A DNA stretch of 64,000 bases from Candidatus Latescibacterota bacterium (GTDB taxonomy: Bacteria; Latescibacterota; UBA2968; UBA8231). The notes beneath the pieces are model-generated. The model did not search any database and was not told the DNA's origin. It saw nothing but the letters and a program-made list of their open reading frames with translations. Made by a program: the position numbers and the translations under genes. This document shows positions 21,164 to 31,566 of this stretch, one piece after another. The stretch spans positions 3,296,305 through 3,360,304 of the forward strand of contig CBDCNM010000002.1 of NCBI GenBank assembly GCA_965219385.1. Reading direction: 5' to 3'. Numbering within the stretch: position 1 is the first letter of the stretch; each line of letters opens with the position of its first letter.

Positions 21164-24060
21164 CTTGCACCTCCCGTAGCTGCATCGCCGAACAACCCGC
21201 CCTGCTCGGGCGGCACCTCCTTCCGTGCCAGATCGGAGATTTCGGGCCAGCTCTGTACTAGGCTGTTGTAGGAGAGGGCTTCGGCGGCGCGGTTTTTGCG
21301 CTCGCAGACGGTGTAGAGTCGGTAGGCCAGTTCGCGGGCGGTGTCGGCTGGTGCGCCGAGGCGGGCCACGACCCGCGCTGCGCCTTTTTCGCCGCCGGTT
21401 TCCAGAGCGCGGATGAGGTGGTGGACCGCTTCCCACACGGTGAGCCGGGCGTCGGTCGTCGGGTCCCAATCGTCGGCTAATTCATCCGGGCGCAGCAGGC
21501 GCACCTTGCCGGCGCTGGAGGCGAGGATGCCGCCCTCGACGATGCCGGCGATACTGGTATTTTTGGCTTTGGACAGGGTTTCGGCGACGCCGTATTCGCC
21601 TTCGTCGAAGCCTTGCTGCTCAAACCACGCCAAGGCCCAGCGGCTGTCGGCGTCGAAGTCGCCTTCCTGCTCGGCCAGCACTTCATCGAGCATCTGGTTG
21701 ATGAGCGCCAGGGCCTCGCGCACCGAGACGGGCTTGCCCTCGGCGTCGAGCACCTTGGCGTAATGGGTGAACACGGCCATGCCGGGGCCGATGGCGGCTT
21801 GGGCGAGATCGACGGGGGCGATGTTGCTGGATTGCAAGTGGGCGAGGGCCGTGGGGAGCTCGGCTCTCAATGCGGCGACGATTTCGCGGCGGGTGGCCAT
21901 TGGTGCGGCTGCAGGGCGCTGGCGGCAGACGAGGACGATGCTAGAGGCGAGGGCAGAGACGGACTTTTTCAATTTTTCGGTTGTCTCAGTGCGCATCGGC
22001 CAAGTGCCAGTGACCGCGAAGCCTGAGTCGATCACTGCTTCAAGGAAGGTTTCCCAACCAGTACTGGAAGTACCCGCGTCACCTTTAGTCTCGGACTGCT
22101 TGAAGGCATAGTATATGGTAACAGGAAAGCTGGGATGCACTTGCTCGGCAAAGCGGTGCACCGCCTGTCCCATGCCGTCGAGGAAGAAGGCTTCCGCTTC
22201 GTCCTTACTACCATGTCGGTAGGGCGTGGCCACTAATTCCTCAGCCTTCGGTACAGCTACCGTAGCAAATAGCTCAGGAAAGATTGGCTTCATTGATTGG
22301 CGTAGCCAAATGTAAAAGAAATCGGACAGATCCGCGTAGCCTATGTTGTCGTAGTAGGGGGGATCGGTGGAGATAACTCTGTCTATTGCAATAAGTTGCG
22401 ATTGGGCTTCCGCTTGGGTGCTGACGCCATAAGGATAAGCAGGTACCGATGCCAGCCCCGAGATAATCGACACGATCCCTCCCTCGAAGTTACCGCTGGA
22501 ATTTGAGAGCGGATTGCTTTCAGAGAAATCCCACACCATTGGTAGAGCTTGTCTCCCAAAGGTATTGCTGACGTGTTCGCGCAACCTTGCCCAAGCACAT
22601 ATAGTTGAGTTTCGATCCGCTACCTTATCGGTAGCCATCGCTAGATACACCCCCACCGCCTCCGCATACGCCGTCGCTCCCGCGCCTCCATCCCGTAGCG
22701 GTCGTCCGTCATCAGGCAAATCGGCGTTGGCTGCATCCTGCTCGACGCGCTCTATCGCTTCCGCCACCAAGTCGGAGAAGGTGCTCAAGGCGACAAGTTG
22801 ACGGGAAGTAAAGAGGTCACGCCACATAATCATGCCGTATTCCTGCACGCGGAAGCCGAGCGCCCGCTCCGGTAAGTTCGTGTCAGGTGTCCACTTCGGT
22901 TCTGCCTCTTCTGCGACGGCTTCATGCTCCGACGTTGGCGTCAGATACACTCGCCCCCGGTCTCCTTCGGCTACAATGGCCATCAAACGCGCACCCATCC
23001 GCCCGGATTTTGCCTCCGAGCGCAAGTAATCAAACGGCATGGGTGTACTCGACATGAGGCAGAGAAACGGTTTACCACTACCGCCAGCCTTCGTCCCCGC
23101 CTTCGCCGCCTCCGCATCCTCCGGCATTCCCACCTTCACCGCAAACCGATACCCACGCCCCTCAATCACCGGCTCGACATACGCCTCCTTTCCCTTCTTC
23201 GTCGAAAGCATAAAGGTCGAGGCCAGCGGCACCTCTACATCGGCAAACGCCGGATTCGGGCTTCTCACCGTCCGCGCCCACAGCCACGCAATCACCGTCA
23301 GCTTCCGGCCCTTGTAGCGTTCAAGATCGGGCCGCTCCCGCACCATCTCCTCGGTAATCTCAACCTGCGGATACAGATGCCCAATGCGCCGCTCGGCCTC
23401 GTCGCGCATCCACTGGCCATAGTAGCGCACATCCTCGGCTAAGCCCTTCGCCCCCTTCCATTCGTGCTCGATCAGGCTCCTTTCCTCACGGGACGCCGGA
23501 TTCACCGGCGACTGGCCGGCGAACTTCGGCGGTATCTCGATCATCGCCTTGTTGATGAGCACCGCCACCGGATTGAGGTCGCTGGCATGAGCTTCAAGCC
23601 CCAACCGCTGCGCTTCCAGCGGCAAGGCACCGCCGCCAGCAAACGGATCGTGAAAGGCCGGCAGCTTGTCCGGGTCGAACAATTCGGCGGCGCGCGGGTG
23701 ATCTGCATGGTCGGCGCAGGTCCGCCGCCAGCTCTTGCGAATCTCCGTACGCGCCCGCTCCAGCACCTTCTCGTTCGTGGTGTTCTCCCAGAGGACCAAA
23801 TCTTTCAAGATGGCGAACAGCCGCTCGCGCTCCTTTTCTTGGTCGGCCTCCGTGGGAAACAGATCGGGCCTGGCCGACGGATCGTCGACCAGCTGCGCAA
23901 AAATCACCGCCCGCGCCGCGGCCAACGGCCGCCGCGCCCACCACAGATGCAGGGTGCTCGGGTGTCCGTGCCGAATCGACTTCTCCCGCGCCGACGCGGC
24001 GTTGATCGCGTCGAGGGGCAGGGCGACTTCAATGAGCTTTTTGCGTTGCACCCCAACCAT
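21160..24060 (-). CDS. DUF1156 amino-(likely N6-adenine) DNA methyltransferase
   Basis: [31 protein letters not shown] motif I, TDPPYYDN motif IV. Confidence 0.9.
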   Translation of the reverse strand: MVGVQRKKLIEVALPLDAINAASAREKSIRHGHPSTLHLWWARRPLAAARAVIFAQLVDDPSARPDLFPTEADQEKERERLFAILKDLVLWENTTNEKVLERARTEIRKSWRRTCADHADHPRAAELFDPDKLPAFHDPFAGGGALPLEAQRLGLEAHASDLNPVAVLINKAMIEIPPKFAGQSPVNPASREERSLIEHEWKGAKGLAEDVRYYGQWMRDEAERRIGHLYPQVEITEEMVRERPDLERYKGRKLTVIAWLWARTVRSPNPAFADVEVPLASTFMLSTKKGKEAYVEPVIEGRGYRFAVKVGMPEDAEAAKAGTKAGGSGKPFLCLMSSTPMPFDYLRSEAKSGRMGARLMAIVAEGDRGRVYLTPTSEHEAVAEEAEPKWTPDTNLPERALGFRVQEYGMIMWRDLFTSRQLVALSTFSDLVAEAIERVEQDAANADLPDDGRPLRDGGAGATAYAEAVGVYLAMATDKVADRNSTICAWARLREHVSNTFGRQALPMVWDFSESNPLSNSSGNFEGGIVSIISGLASVPAYPYGVSTQAEAQSQLIAIDRVISTDPPYYDNIGYADLSDFFYIWLRQSMKPIFPELFATVAVPKAEELVATPYRHGSKDEAEAFFLDGMGQAVHRFAEQVHPSFPVTIYYAFKQSETKGDAGTSSTGWETFLEAVIDSGFAVTGTWPMRTETTEKLKKSVSALASSIVLVCRQRPAAAPMATRREIVAALRAELPTALAHLQSSNIAPVDLAQAAIGPGMAVFTHYAKVLDAEGKPVSVREALALINQMLDEVLAEQEGDFDADSRWALAWFEQQGFDEGEYGVAETLSKAKNTSIAGIVEGGILASSAGKVRLLRPDELADDWDPTTDARLTVWEAVHHLIRALETGGEKGAARVVARLGAPADTARELAYRLYTVCERKNRAAEALSYNSLVQSWPEISDLARKEVPPEQGGLFGDAATGGAR

Positions 24061-24340
24061 TTTTTACGGCTCTCCTTTCACCCACAAACGCTCATCACTG
24101 CGGGGCGCGTCGACACCACAGCCCGGGCAGTGAACCATGTCCACCAATCATAACGAAACAAGATGCGCCGGCATCGGTAGCAGGACCCCAGACGGGTGGC
24201 CTGTCTGAAGGTGGCTCCGGCTGTACGAAGGGCACCCAAACAATCCACGACAACCGTTTGGCGTACCGCCGTGTGCAGTGACTCCTCACGCCCGTCTCAG
24301 TACTCTTAGGGGAGCCATTCCTCCCAGGACGAGCGTGGCT

Positions 24341-26438
24341 TCATTGCATCTGCTCCGACAAGTCGGCGTATGCGGTCTGAAGCATCTCCACAAAACGGTT
24401 CCTTTCTTTCTTATCCAGATGCCTAGACTGCTTCCCCGTTTTCTTTTCGTAAGGATGCGTCCCTGGCAGACGGTTACGCCGATCGTTCATCTCCCGGAAG
24501 CAATCTGCGATACGCGGGAATTGCTTGGAGAATTTGCGCGTCGCATCAAGTGTAACTCCGAAGTCTAGGAGTTGTCCGTTCTTGTCGGTTATACTGCCAG
24601 CAGCTACGTGACTCGTCGCAGCCAAATGACGCTGGAGCGCATGGAACAGTATCTGGTTGAACCCGTTCTGAGAGCTGAGCCAGTGTGACCTCCCAACATC
24701 GAACGTAGCTTCTGCCTCCTTGAGGAGGCCAAGTGCATGCCCGTATTCCGCGCCAAGCAACTCGTGCCATGACCTCGCCTTAGGTAGCTCGTATCGAGCT
24801 TGAAGAATCTCGGCGATTGGATCTACCGGTTTCGAGGGCGTGGGAACGACTCCGAGCTCATGTAGCGTATTGACCACTTGTTCCGCAAGATCGTCTATTC
24901 GCACCCCAAGACTCGCTGGCGTCAGGCCACGTTGGTGCATGGCGGGGCACACCGACAGTCCGGGCTCTGGCTTCTTCCTTCGCAGGTACTTCTCTACCAA
25001 TTGCCCATGTTCGAAAGCTCCATCGGGTAGTACGGGAGCCAAGAGAGATTGCAGCAGAGGCTTCTGATATGTTACGAACTTCGTGAATCTTCTTCCAATC
25101 ACGTCCTCCGATGCGCATAGAAAATGACACGCGCCCCACTGCTCCATGAAACCTTCCGTTACGTTGCGTTTGGCAATTTCAATCGCTTCATTCGTCAAGC
25201 CCTCATGGTTGTACACAGCGGAACGAACTTCCCTGCGATAGCGGGCAAGCACGTGCCAAGCTTCACCACGCACGTACGCGTACGGGTTCCGCTCAATGAT
25301 ATCAAGGCACAGATGCTCGATGGGCTTTCGGTAATCGAAACGATTGAGATATACAAAGAAGACGTCTGCATGTTCCGGGTGACGAGGGATGAGCCGCAAT
25401 ACTAACTTGAGGACACTGCTCTCCGGTTCTGCTCGGTACAGGACGTAGCGAAGCCTCGTCTTATCCAGAACCTTTTGCGGTTTGCCACCGATCGCTAAAG
25501 ATAGCAGTTCTTGAGCTCGCTCCTTGTCAAGCGTCTCGCTGCCTTCATGATGCTGAGGATCGGAAATACTGGGGAGCATTCCCAACGCTTCCTGTATATT
25601 TTGGGCTCTCTTAATCGCAAACTTACCCGTCTGCGGGATGAGGCCCCGTTCTCGACAGCGATGCTCAAGCTCGATTACGTTCTTACGTACGACACTCTCA
25701 GTGGTACCAAGAAAGCGTATGTCGTCAACGTACCTCACATATCCGGGGTCTGCCTGTAGTTCGAGGTCAATCGGGAGCAGAAAACACTCGGCCAGGAAAT
25801 CTGACGCAAGTGGTCCCTGGGCTAACCCGTGGCCGTGGCCAGACACAGGGCGATCAGAGCTCCACGTTTGTAAACAGTGAGCTATCCATTTCAGGTCATC
25901 CCCCTTCGTTCGTGGATACAATGTCTTAAGCAGAAGCTCGTGGGAAATCGTGTCATAGAATGCGTGCCAGGTCGAAGTCTGCGACCCAGCGCATCCCGTC
26001 TTGGTAGAAGAGCTTTTGGATTCGGCGCTGGAACGCGGCGTAGGTAGCCTGCCACTTGCGAAAGAAATAGATACTATCCGACTTCTGAAGAATATTGCTG
26101 AAGACAGTCTTGAACTGCATTGGTTCACGGCGTTTCTGCGTCTTCTTTGCTGCGAGATTTGCAAACGCCTGAAAGACGACCTGATCCTCAATGTGGAGTA
26201 ACGAAAGCGGACGATGAAGTCCCGAGACTTTTGGGATGTATATCCGTTCGGGAAGGCTCGGTTCAAATGTTCCTCCGAGGATCCTATCCCGAAGATTCCT
26301 CAGATTGGCATCAACCGCTACTTCATAGGCGTAGTAGAGATTCCGATACAGCGTCTTGTACTGATAATTGCTGCCGGTTGTGATTCTCCGCCAAGCCAAT
26401 GCAAGATTCGGATGGGTTGCAAGCTGATTCAGTTTCAT
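24341..26438 (-). pseudogene. Defence-type (Abi/UG-like) reverse transcriptase with helical region and putative C-terminal HEPN; single +1 frameshift near 25964
   Basis: PKVSGLHRPL, ADFDLA|AFYDTISH, GLAQGPLASDFLA, YVRYVDD, C-terminal RNRLPGTH. Removing one C in GCA-C-GCA-TTC restores a ~698 aa ORF. Confidence 0.8.
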
Positions 26439-26668
26439 AACTGCTTCACCCCTAACCAGAAAGTACGCGGGGTGCGGTAGACGGATCTGACACAGGAGTC
26501 ATCGACCATCTGCGCAAAAATCACCACCCGCGCCGCGGCCAACGGCCGCCGCGCCCACCACAAATGCAGCGTACTCGGATGCCCGTGCCGAATAGACTTC
26601 TCCCGCGCCGACGCGGCATTGATCGCGTCGAGCGGCAGGGCGACTTCAATGAGCTTTTTACGGGTCAT
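26435..26668 (-). repeat. Truncated 5' copy D of the DUF1156 gene (77 aa ORF)
   Basis: [13 protein letters not shown]...VIFAQMVDD; homology ~26498-26662; stop overlaps the RT ATG. Confidence 0.9.
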
Positions 26669-26688
26669 GTTTTTCCGTTAGCTCTATA

Positions 26689-27204
26689 TCAATTTGTTCC
26701 AGCGGCTGAATAGCGTGCGAGACACTTGCGGGTTTCCGGCTTGGGCAGCCTGCACCGTGGGTGAGCGCAGATCGCCTTCAGGCCCGCGCATAGCTTACTC
26801 GTGCTAGTAGCGGAAGTCTTGAACATCCAGTCGAGCAGCCACAGAACGCCGTGACAATCGACATGCGCGTCGTTGGCCAACCCACGCAGCACACGGTCGC
26901 CCGTCAGCAGGGTCCAGGTGTTCCTTGCCGCAAGGGCAAGAGCAAAGCTATCCGGTAGCGAAAGCGCCGGTTGCTTGCGCCGGTAGCGAAGGGCACAGGC
27001 GACCCCGGTGCCGTCCAGTTCCTCGATTCTTAGGCCGAGCTTGAGCAAATTATCGTCCCCGTGGTTTTTTAATTCGCGTTCGTACAAAAGGTCCGGGACG
27101 GCAAACTTGAACGGGAGGAGGAAGCCAGCCTCCAGCAACGCCCCGCGCTCAAGATCAATCAGGATGGACGTGTCGGAGACCAGCACCTTCATTGGCTTCA
27201 TCAT
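26689..27204 (-). CDS. PIN-domain protein
   Basis: VLVSDTSILIDL, LSLPDSFALALA, LLTGDR; the true start may be 27192. Confidence 0.75.
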   Translation of the reverse strand: MMKPMKVLVSDTSILIDLERGALLEAGFLLPFKFAVPDLLYERELKNHGDDNLLKLGLRIEELDGTGVACALRYRRKQPALSLPDSFALALAARNTWTLLTGDRVLRGLANDAHVDCHGVLWLLDWMFKTSATSTSKLCAGLKAICAHPRCRLPKPETRKCLARYSAAGTN

Positions 27205-28276
27205 ACCCCAGGCCTGGCGGCTCCTCCATGCGCTGGTTCAGCTCGTGGACCGAGGTTTCCAGTAGCTCGGCAGCCTTGGCCTCGGAGACCGCGCCCTCAG
27301 CCAAGGCGCGGAAGCACAGACGCTCGAAACGTCGGGGCACCTCGCCCGGCATGGCGTGGGGCTCCTGATAGGGCGGTCTGCGCCAGCCTAAACGGGAAAA
27401 TTCGTTAAATAGCCGCCGGAACAGGGTTGGGCTGAAGATACCGAGATCCTTGCACCGATAGGTCAGTGCCTGAACGCTCACGCCGAATAGCCGCTTGAGG
27501 AAGAAAAGTTCACCCCATCCGATGGATGTGCGGTGCTTGCCTATGGCGTCCCACAGCGCTTCGGCAGGCATCAGGAACGCTCCGGCGAAACGGTAGGCGG
27601 CCTTTTCGTCGTCTACGTTTGTGGCGTCCAGGACCAGATGTCCAAGCTCATGCGCCATCGTTAAACGCTGGCGCTCCCCCCAATCGTTGTCGTTCACAAC
27701 GAGGACGGGCACCGGGCTCTTGCCGGGGCGGCGCACCCGCGCCATAAGGCCGTCGATATTCCCCAGATTGATCGAGAGGACCTTAATGCCGCGTTCCTCC
27801 ACCAACTCCACTAGATCCTGGATCGGGTCGAGCCCCAGGCCCCAATATAAACGCAGGTTTTGAGCGGCACGGTCGGCTTCCCCAAGATCGCTGACGACGG
27901 GATAGGGTGCCTCCCGGGGCTTGTCCCAGTTGACGCTCGTCAGGCCGAGAAACTCCTCGACCATGAGGTAGCGTTCCAGCAAGTGCAGGACTTTGGCTTC
28001 GACCTGCGCCTCCTCGCGCTTCCTCGTGATCTTCTTTTTGCGGAACTCGACGGCCTCCAGCGCCATTTCCTGGTCTCCGACCAAGTAATCCACTGGAACT
28101 GAGAGGGCGTCGGCCAGCGCAATGAGGACGCCCGAGCTTGGCATGGATTCGTCGCGCTCGTACTTGCCGATTGCCTGCGCGGTTACGCGACTTCCAATGC
28201 GTTCCTCCAGGCCGCGAAGGGACAGGCCGGCTGCGGCGCGAGCGAGCTTGAGTCTTTGGCCTAGCATGGATGGCAT
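27155..28276 (-). CDS. XRE HTH + ImmA/IrrE (M78) metallopeptidase fusion
   Basis: N-terminal RLKLARAAAGLS...IGKYE HTH; RQRLTMAHELGH zinc motif; FAGAFLMP. Confidence 0.9.
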   Translation of the reverse strand: MPSMLGQRLKLARAAAGLSLRGLEERIGSRVTAQAIGKYERDESMPSSGVLIALADALSVPVDYLVGDQEMALEAVEFRKKKITRKREEAQVEAKVLHLLERYLMVEEFLGLTSVNWDKPREAPYPVVSDLGEADRAAQNLRLYWGLGLDPIQDLVELVEERGIKVLSINLGNIDGLMARVRRPGKSPVPVLVVNDNDWGERQRLTMAHELGHLVLDATNVDDEKAAYRFAGAFLMPAEALWDAIGKHRTSIGWGELFFLKRLFGVSVQALTYRCKDLGIFSPTLFRRLFNEFSRLGWRRPPYQEPHAMPGEVPRRFERLCFRALAEGAVSEAKAAELLETSVHELNQRMEEPPGLGYDEANEGAGLRHVHPD

Positions 28277-28283
28277 ACTCTTC

Positions 28284-28325
28284 TTGACAGTTTACAAAAC
28301 AGGTATATATTATTAATATTGTAAA
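28284..28325 (+). promoter_or_regulatory. Putative sigma70 promoter and inverted-repeat operator between XRE-ImmA and CBASS
   Basis: TTGACA 28284-28289, 18 bp spacer, TATTAT 28308-28313; TTTACAA (28291-28297) and TTGTAAA (28319-28325) form an inverted repeat. Confidence 0.5.
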
Positions 28326-28512
28326 TGGACGGAATTGGGTTTTGTCATGCGACTCCAGTTCACGACCGGCTACAGAAGCCGACGATGAAGATCGCAGCGA
28401 CATTATCCTAAACACAGAGAAAATCATGGAACGAAATTTCTACGTTCGCTCTGGCGGCTCCCAGTGGCTGCCTTTATTTCAATTTACAAATATATTTATT
28501 ATTCCACAATAT

Positions 28513-28572
28513 ATAAATCACGACCGCCGGAGATAAATCACGACCGCCGGAGATAAATCACGACCGCCGGAG
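28513..28572 (+). repeat. Perfect tandem repeat, 3 x 20 bp (ATAAATCACGACCGCCGGAG)
   Basis: Three identical adjacent units ~50 bp upstream of the likely CD-NTase start. Confidence 0.95.
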
Positions 28573-28623
28573 ATGGACGATGCTTCCTGCACCAGCGGTA
28601 CAATCATAAGGAGTACTATTACA

Positions 28624-29889
28624 ATGAACTCTAGGACGATTCCACCGCAACTGACCGAACCGACGGATATCCTCTTGGCCGATGTGGCGATCCGCGTCCA
28701 ACTCAGCCGGACGGACTACAACAAGGCCGTTAATAAGTATCAGACGATCAACGATTGGATTGAGCGCGACGGTAGCCCGCTCAAGGATCGTGTTTATCTA
28801 TTATACCCGCAAGGGTCTATGGCGATCGGCGCAACCATCGCGTCGAGGCTCAAGACGGACGAGTTCGACATCGACGTGGTAGCGCAGCTCAATCTGCCGA
28901 AGTACGTATCACCCCACGAGCCTTTGGACCTGCTTTTCGAGGCGATCAGGGGAGAGCCGGGTTCCCGGTACTATCGGATGACAAAGCGGAGAACTCGTTG
29001 TGTCACAGTCGATTACAGCGACGCCATGCACATCGACGTTACGCCGGTTCTTCGCCGATGGGGCACTCCAGAGCGCGAGAGCTGGCTCTTCCATGACCGG
29101 CCAGAAGCACCCCACGAGCCGGGTAAGAAGCTTATAGCCAATCCCTACGGCTTCGCCGAGTGGTTCAAGGCTAACACGCCGTCCGATCAGGACTTTGCAA
29201 ATATCTTTGAAAAACGTGCAGCCGAATACGAGCAACTGATGTTTAAGGAGGCGGCGGACAGCGACCCCGTCCCTCCGCAGGAACCGCCATTCCAAAAATC
29301 GAAGGCAGTAATCGTGCTCCAGCTCCTGAAGCGTTGGCGCAATGTGCAATACGATGCGCGGTCTGGGCGACGGCCCCCGTCGATCCTGATTGCGAAGCTG
29401 GTGGCCGATGCCGCTAATCATACGGACCGACTTTCGGAGGAATTGCTGCTTCAGGCACGGCATATGCTGTCCGAGTTCCGGCGTTGGCACGGCGCGGGGT
29501 GCCGCATTCACGTCGCTAACCCCGTTTGTGAACAGGATGTTCTGACCGATCGCTGGCCGGGGTCGCTGCAAGACCAAGCGATCTTTATCCGCGACCTTGA
29601 AAATCTCGTTGTGCAGGTCGAGAGGCTGGTCTCTGGATGTGATCTTGAGGCGATGAAGGCAATTATGGTTGATCTGTTCGGCGAAGTGCCGACAACGGAC
29701 GCCTTCCAGGCATTTAATGAGCGTCTGGGCAATCAAGTTCAACTAGGGCAAAGCCAGCACTGTCCAGATACTGGCAGTCTCGTCCTTCCGACAACAGTGG
29801 CGATAGGCACGACCACCCCGCCGGGTGCGCTAAAAACGTCCAAGCACACCTTTTTCGGCGGCGAACTACCAGATAATTCCAGACAATGA
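28624..29889 (+). CDS. CBASS cGAS/DncV-like nucleotidyltransferase (CD-NTase)
   Basis: YPQGSMAIG...EFDIDVV, HIDVTP, ANPYGFAEWF, QLLKRWRN, C-terminal HTFFGG; AGGAG precedes the ATG at 28624. Confidence 0.85.
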   Translation: MNSRTIPPQLTEPTDILLADVAIRVQLSRTDYNKAVNKYQTINDWIERDGSPLKDRVYLLYPQGSMAIGATIASRLKTDEFDIDVVAQLNLPKYVSPHEPLDLLFEAIRGEPGSRYYRMTKRRTRCVTVDYSDAMHIDVTPVLRRWGTPERESWLFHDRPEAPHEPGKKLIANPYGFAEWFKANTPSDQDFANIFEKRAAEYEQLMFKEAADSDPVPPQEPPFQKSKAVIVLQLLKRWRNVQYDARSGRRPPSILIAKLVADAANHTDRLSEELLLQARHMLSEFRRWHGAGCRIHVANPVCEQDVLTDRWPGSLQDQAIFIRDLENLVVQVERLVSGCDLEAMKAIMVDLFGEVPTTDAFQAFNERLGNQVQLGQSQHCPDTGSLVLPTTVAIGTTTPPGALKTSKHTFFGGELPDNSRQ

Positions 29890-30332
29890 GTTTGAAGATT
29901 AATAAGCAGATCGAACTCATGCGGCAAAGGTGGCCAGATTTCCGTGTGACCAACCGGACGGGTCGCTTGGTACGATGGGAGGGACAGCTTCGACCCCTGA
30001 GCCAAATGTATACGGTTCAGATCGCTTTCTGCCGAGAACGCAAACAAGGTAGTGCCAAATGTCCACTGTTTCCGCAAGTGATAGTGATTAACCCGCCTTT
30101 GCGCCGACGAGATGAACAGCCAGAAGAGCCAATCCCACACCACTACCCCAACCAAGACTGCCCTGAACAGCCCATTCTCTGTCTCTATGACCCAGCCACT
30201 GATGAATGGCATCCTCGCCAATCAATCGCCCATACCATCGTCCCCTGGACGATTGATTGGCTGGCTTGCTATGAGGGCTGGCTTGCAACAGGTAAATGGA
30301 TGGGTGGCGGGCGTCATCCAACAAGTGAGTAG
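29886..30332 (+). CDS. CBASS stand-alone ubiquitin E2-like protein
   Basis: IPHHY...LCLYDP..EW...IVPW..DWL..YEGWLATGKW.GGG; ATGA-coupled to the cyclase. Confidence 0.75.
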   Translation: MSLKINKQIELMRQRWPDFRVTNRTGRLVRWEGQLRPLSQMYTVQIAFCRERKQGSAKCPLFPQVIVINPPLRRRDEQPEEPIPHHYPNQDCPEQPILCLYDPATDEWHPRQSIAHTIVPWTIDWLACYEGWLATGKWMGGGRHPTSE

Positions 30333-30340
30333 ATCCCACA

Positions 30341-31405
30341 ATGTTCGATAGCAGTGGGGAAGGGGGAGCACCCCCGAAACGATCATCCGGCGCGCTCAAG
30401 CACCGCCGCGTCCCACTTCCTTGGCCAGAAGATCGGGAATTTCGCATTCTTGCGATTGATGGGGGTGGCATTCGCGGTATTTTCCCGGCCACTTTCTTGG
30501 CGGGATTAGAGGAACGCTATCTCGGCGGAGTCTCTGTGGCCCAATACTTTGACCTCATCGCCGGGACCTCAACCGGGGGTATCATTGCCCTTGGGCTCGC
30601 TGCTGGGCTTACAGCCGCCCAACTGCGCGACCTCTACATTGAGCGCGGATGCGAAATCTTCCCACCTATTCGTAGCGATGTTATTGGGTCGGCAAAACGC
30701 TGCTTTTGGGGCCTCTACCAGTATTTCAAGTTTCGCTACGATCATAGGGCACTCATGTGCATTCTGCGCGAGACCTTCGGCAACCGAAAATTTGGTGAGG
30801 CGCAGACGCGGCTGTGCATACCCTCCTTTGATGGCCGGCACGGAGAGGTGTACATCTTCAAGACCCCACATCACCCAGACTTTAGCAATGACGCCAAGGA
30901 GCAAATGACAAAGGTAGCGGCGGCAACATCAGCCGCGCCGACGTTTTTTCGTCCACTTGAGGATAGCGGCTACACCTTCATTGATGGCGGAGTCTGGGCA
31001 AACAATCCAATCATGGTCGCTTTAGTCGATGCCTTGTCCTGCTTCTCCGTCCCACGTGAGCGCATCCGCATCCTGAGCCTAGGCTGTGGGGATGACCAGT
31101 ATGCCGTTGGTAAAACGAAGACGCTGCTAGGCGGCATATTGGCATGGAGGGACATCATATATGGTGCGATGCGGCTTCAATCGCTCAACGCTCTTGGTCA
31201 GGCCGGACTGCTGATTGGCGCGGACAGGATTATCAGGGTCAACGCGCCTACGTGTGAAAAGAAAATCCGACTGGACGACTGGAGCCGTGCTGTGGCGGAG
31301 CTGCCCGGTGCGGCAGAAGTGGTCCTCGACGAACTCGGCGAAACCGCGGCGTCCGTATTTCTAATGGAACCCACTGCCTCTTACCAGCCAATTATCACCG
31401 GGTAG
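30341..31405 (+). CDS. capV: Patatin-like phospholipase CBASS effector (CapV-like)
   Basis: DGGGIRG, GTSTG, SAAPTFF, DGGVWANNP; directly follows the cyclase and E2. Confidence 0.85.
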   Translation: MFDSSGEGGAPPKRSSGALKHRRVPLPWPEDREFRILAIDGGGIRGIFPATFLAGLEERYLGGVSVAQYFDLIAGTSTGGIIALGLAAGLTAAQLRDLYIERGCEIFPPIRSDVIGSAKRCFWGLYQYFKFRYDHRALMCILRETFGNRKFGEAQTRLCIPSFDGRHGEVYIFKTPHHPDFSNDAKEQMTKVAAATSAAPTFFRPLEDSGYTFIDGGVWANNPIMVALVDALSCFSVPRERIRILSLGCGDDQYAVGKTKTLLGGILAWRDIIYGAMRLQSLNALGQAGLLIGADRIIRVNAPTCEKKIRLDDWSRAVAELPGAAEVVLDELGETAASVFLMEPTASYQPIITG

Positions 31406-31407
31406 TC

Positions 31408-31566
31408 TTAAAGCGCCCGCTTGGTATGCAGATGCCTCGCGTTGATCATTTCTAAGGAGGGCCTAACTGTGCGGGGCGAGCTTTTCTTGGACTTCCAGGA
31501 GTTGGCATCGAGTAGGAAAGTTTCTTCGATGAGCTTTTTGCGGGATCTAGCTGGCGGCGTAATCAT
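31408..31566 (-). repeat. Short degenerate 5' copy C of the DUF1156 gene
   Basis: MITPPARSRKKLIEE..LLDA; ttcgatgagctttttgcggg is shared with copy A; ATG overlaps the upstream stop. Confidence 0.65.

Noticed and set aside
25950..25980. Programmed ribosomal frameshift in the RT
   Set aside because: No slippery run at the site; a simple 1-nt insertion or sequencing error explains it.
24060..26500. Retron or group II intron
   Set aside because: No room for msr-msd upstream, no VTG-type retron motif and no intron domain V/VI seen.
28513..28572. CRISPR array
   Set aside because: Repeats are directly adjacent with no spacers, and there are no cas genes.
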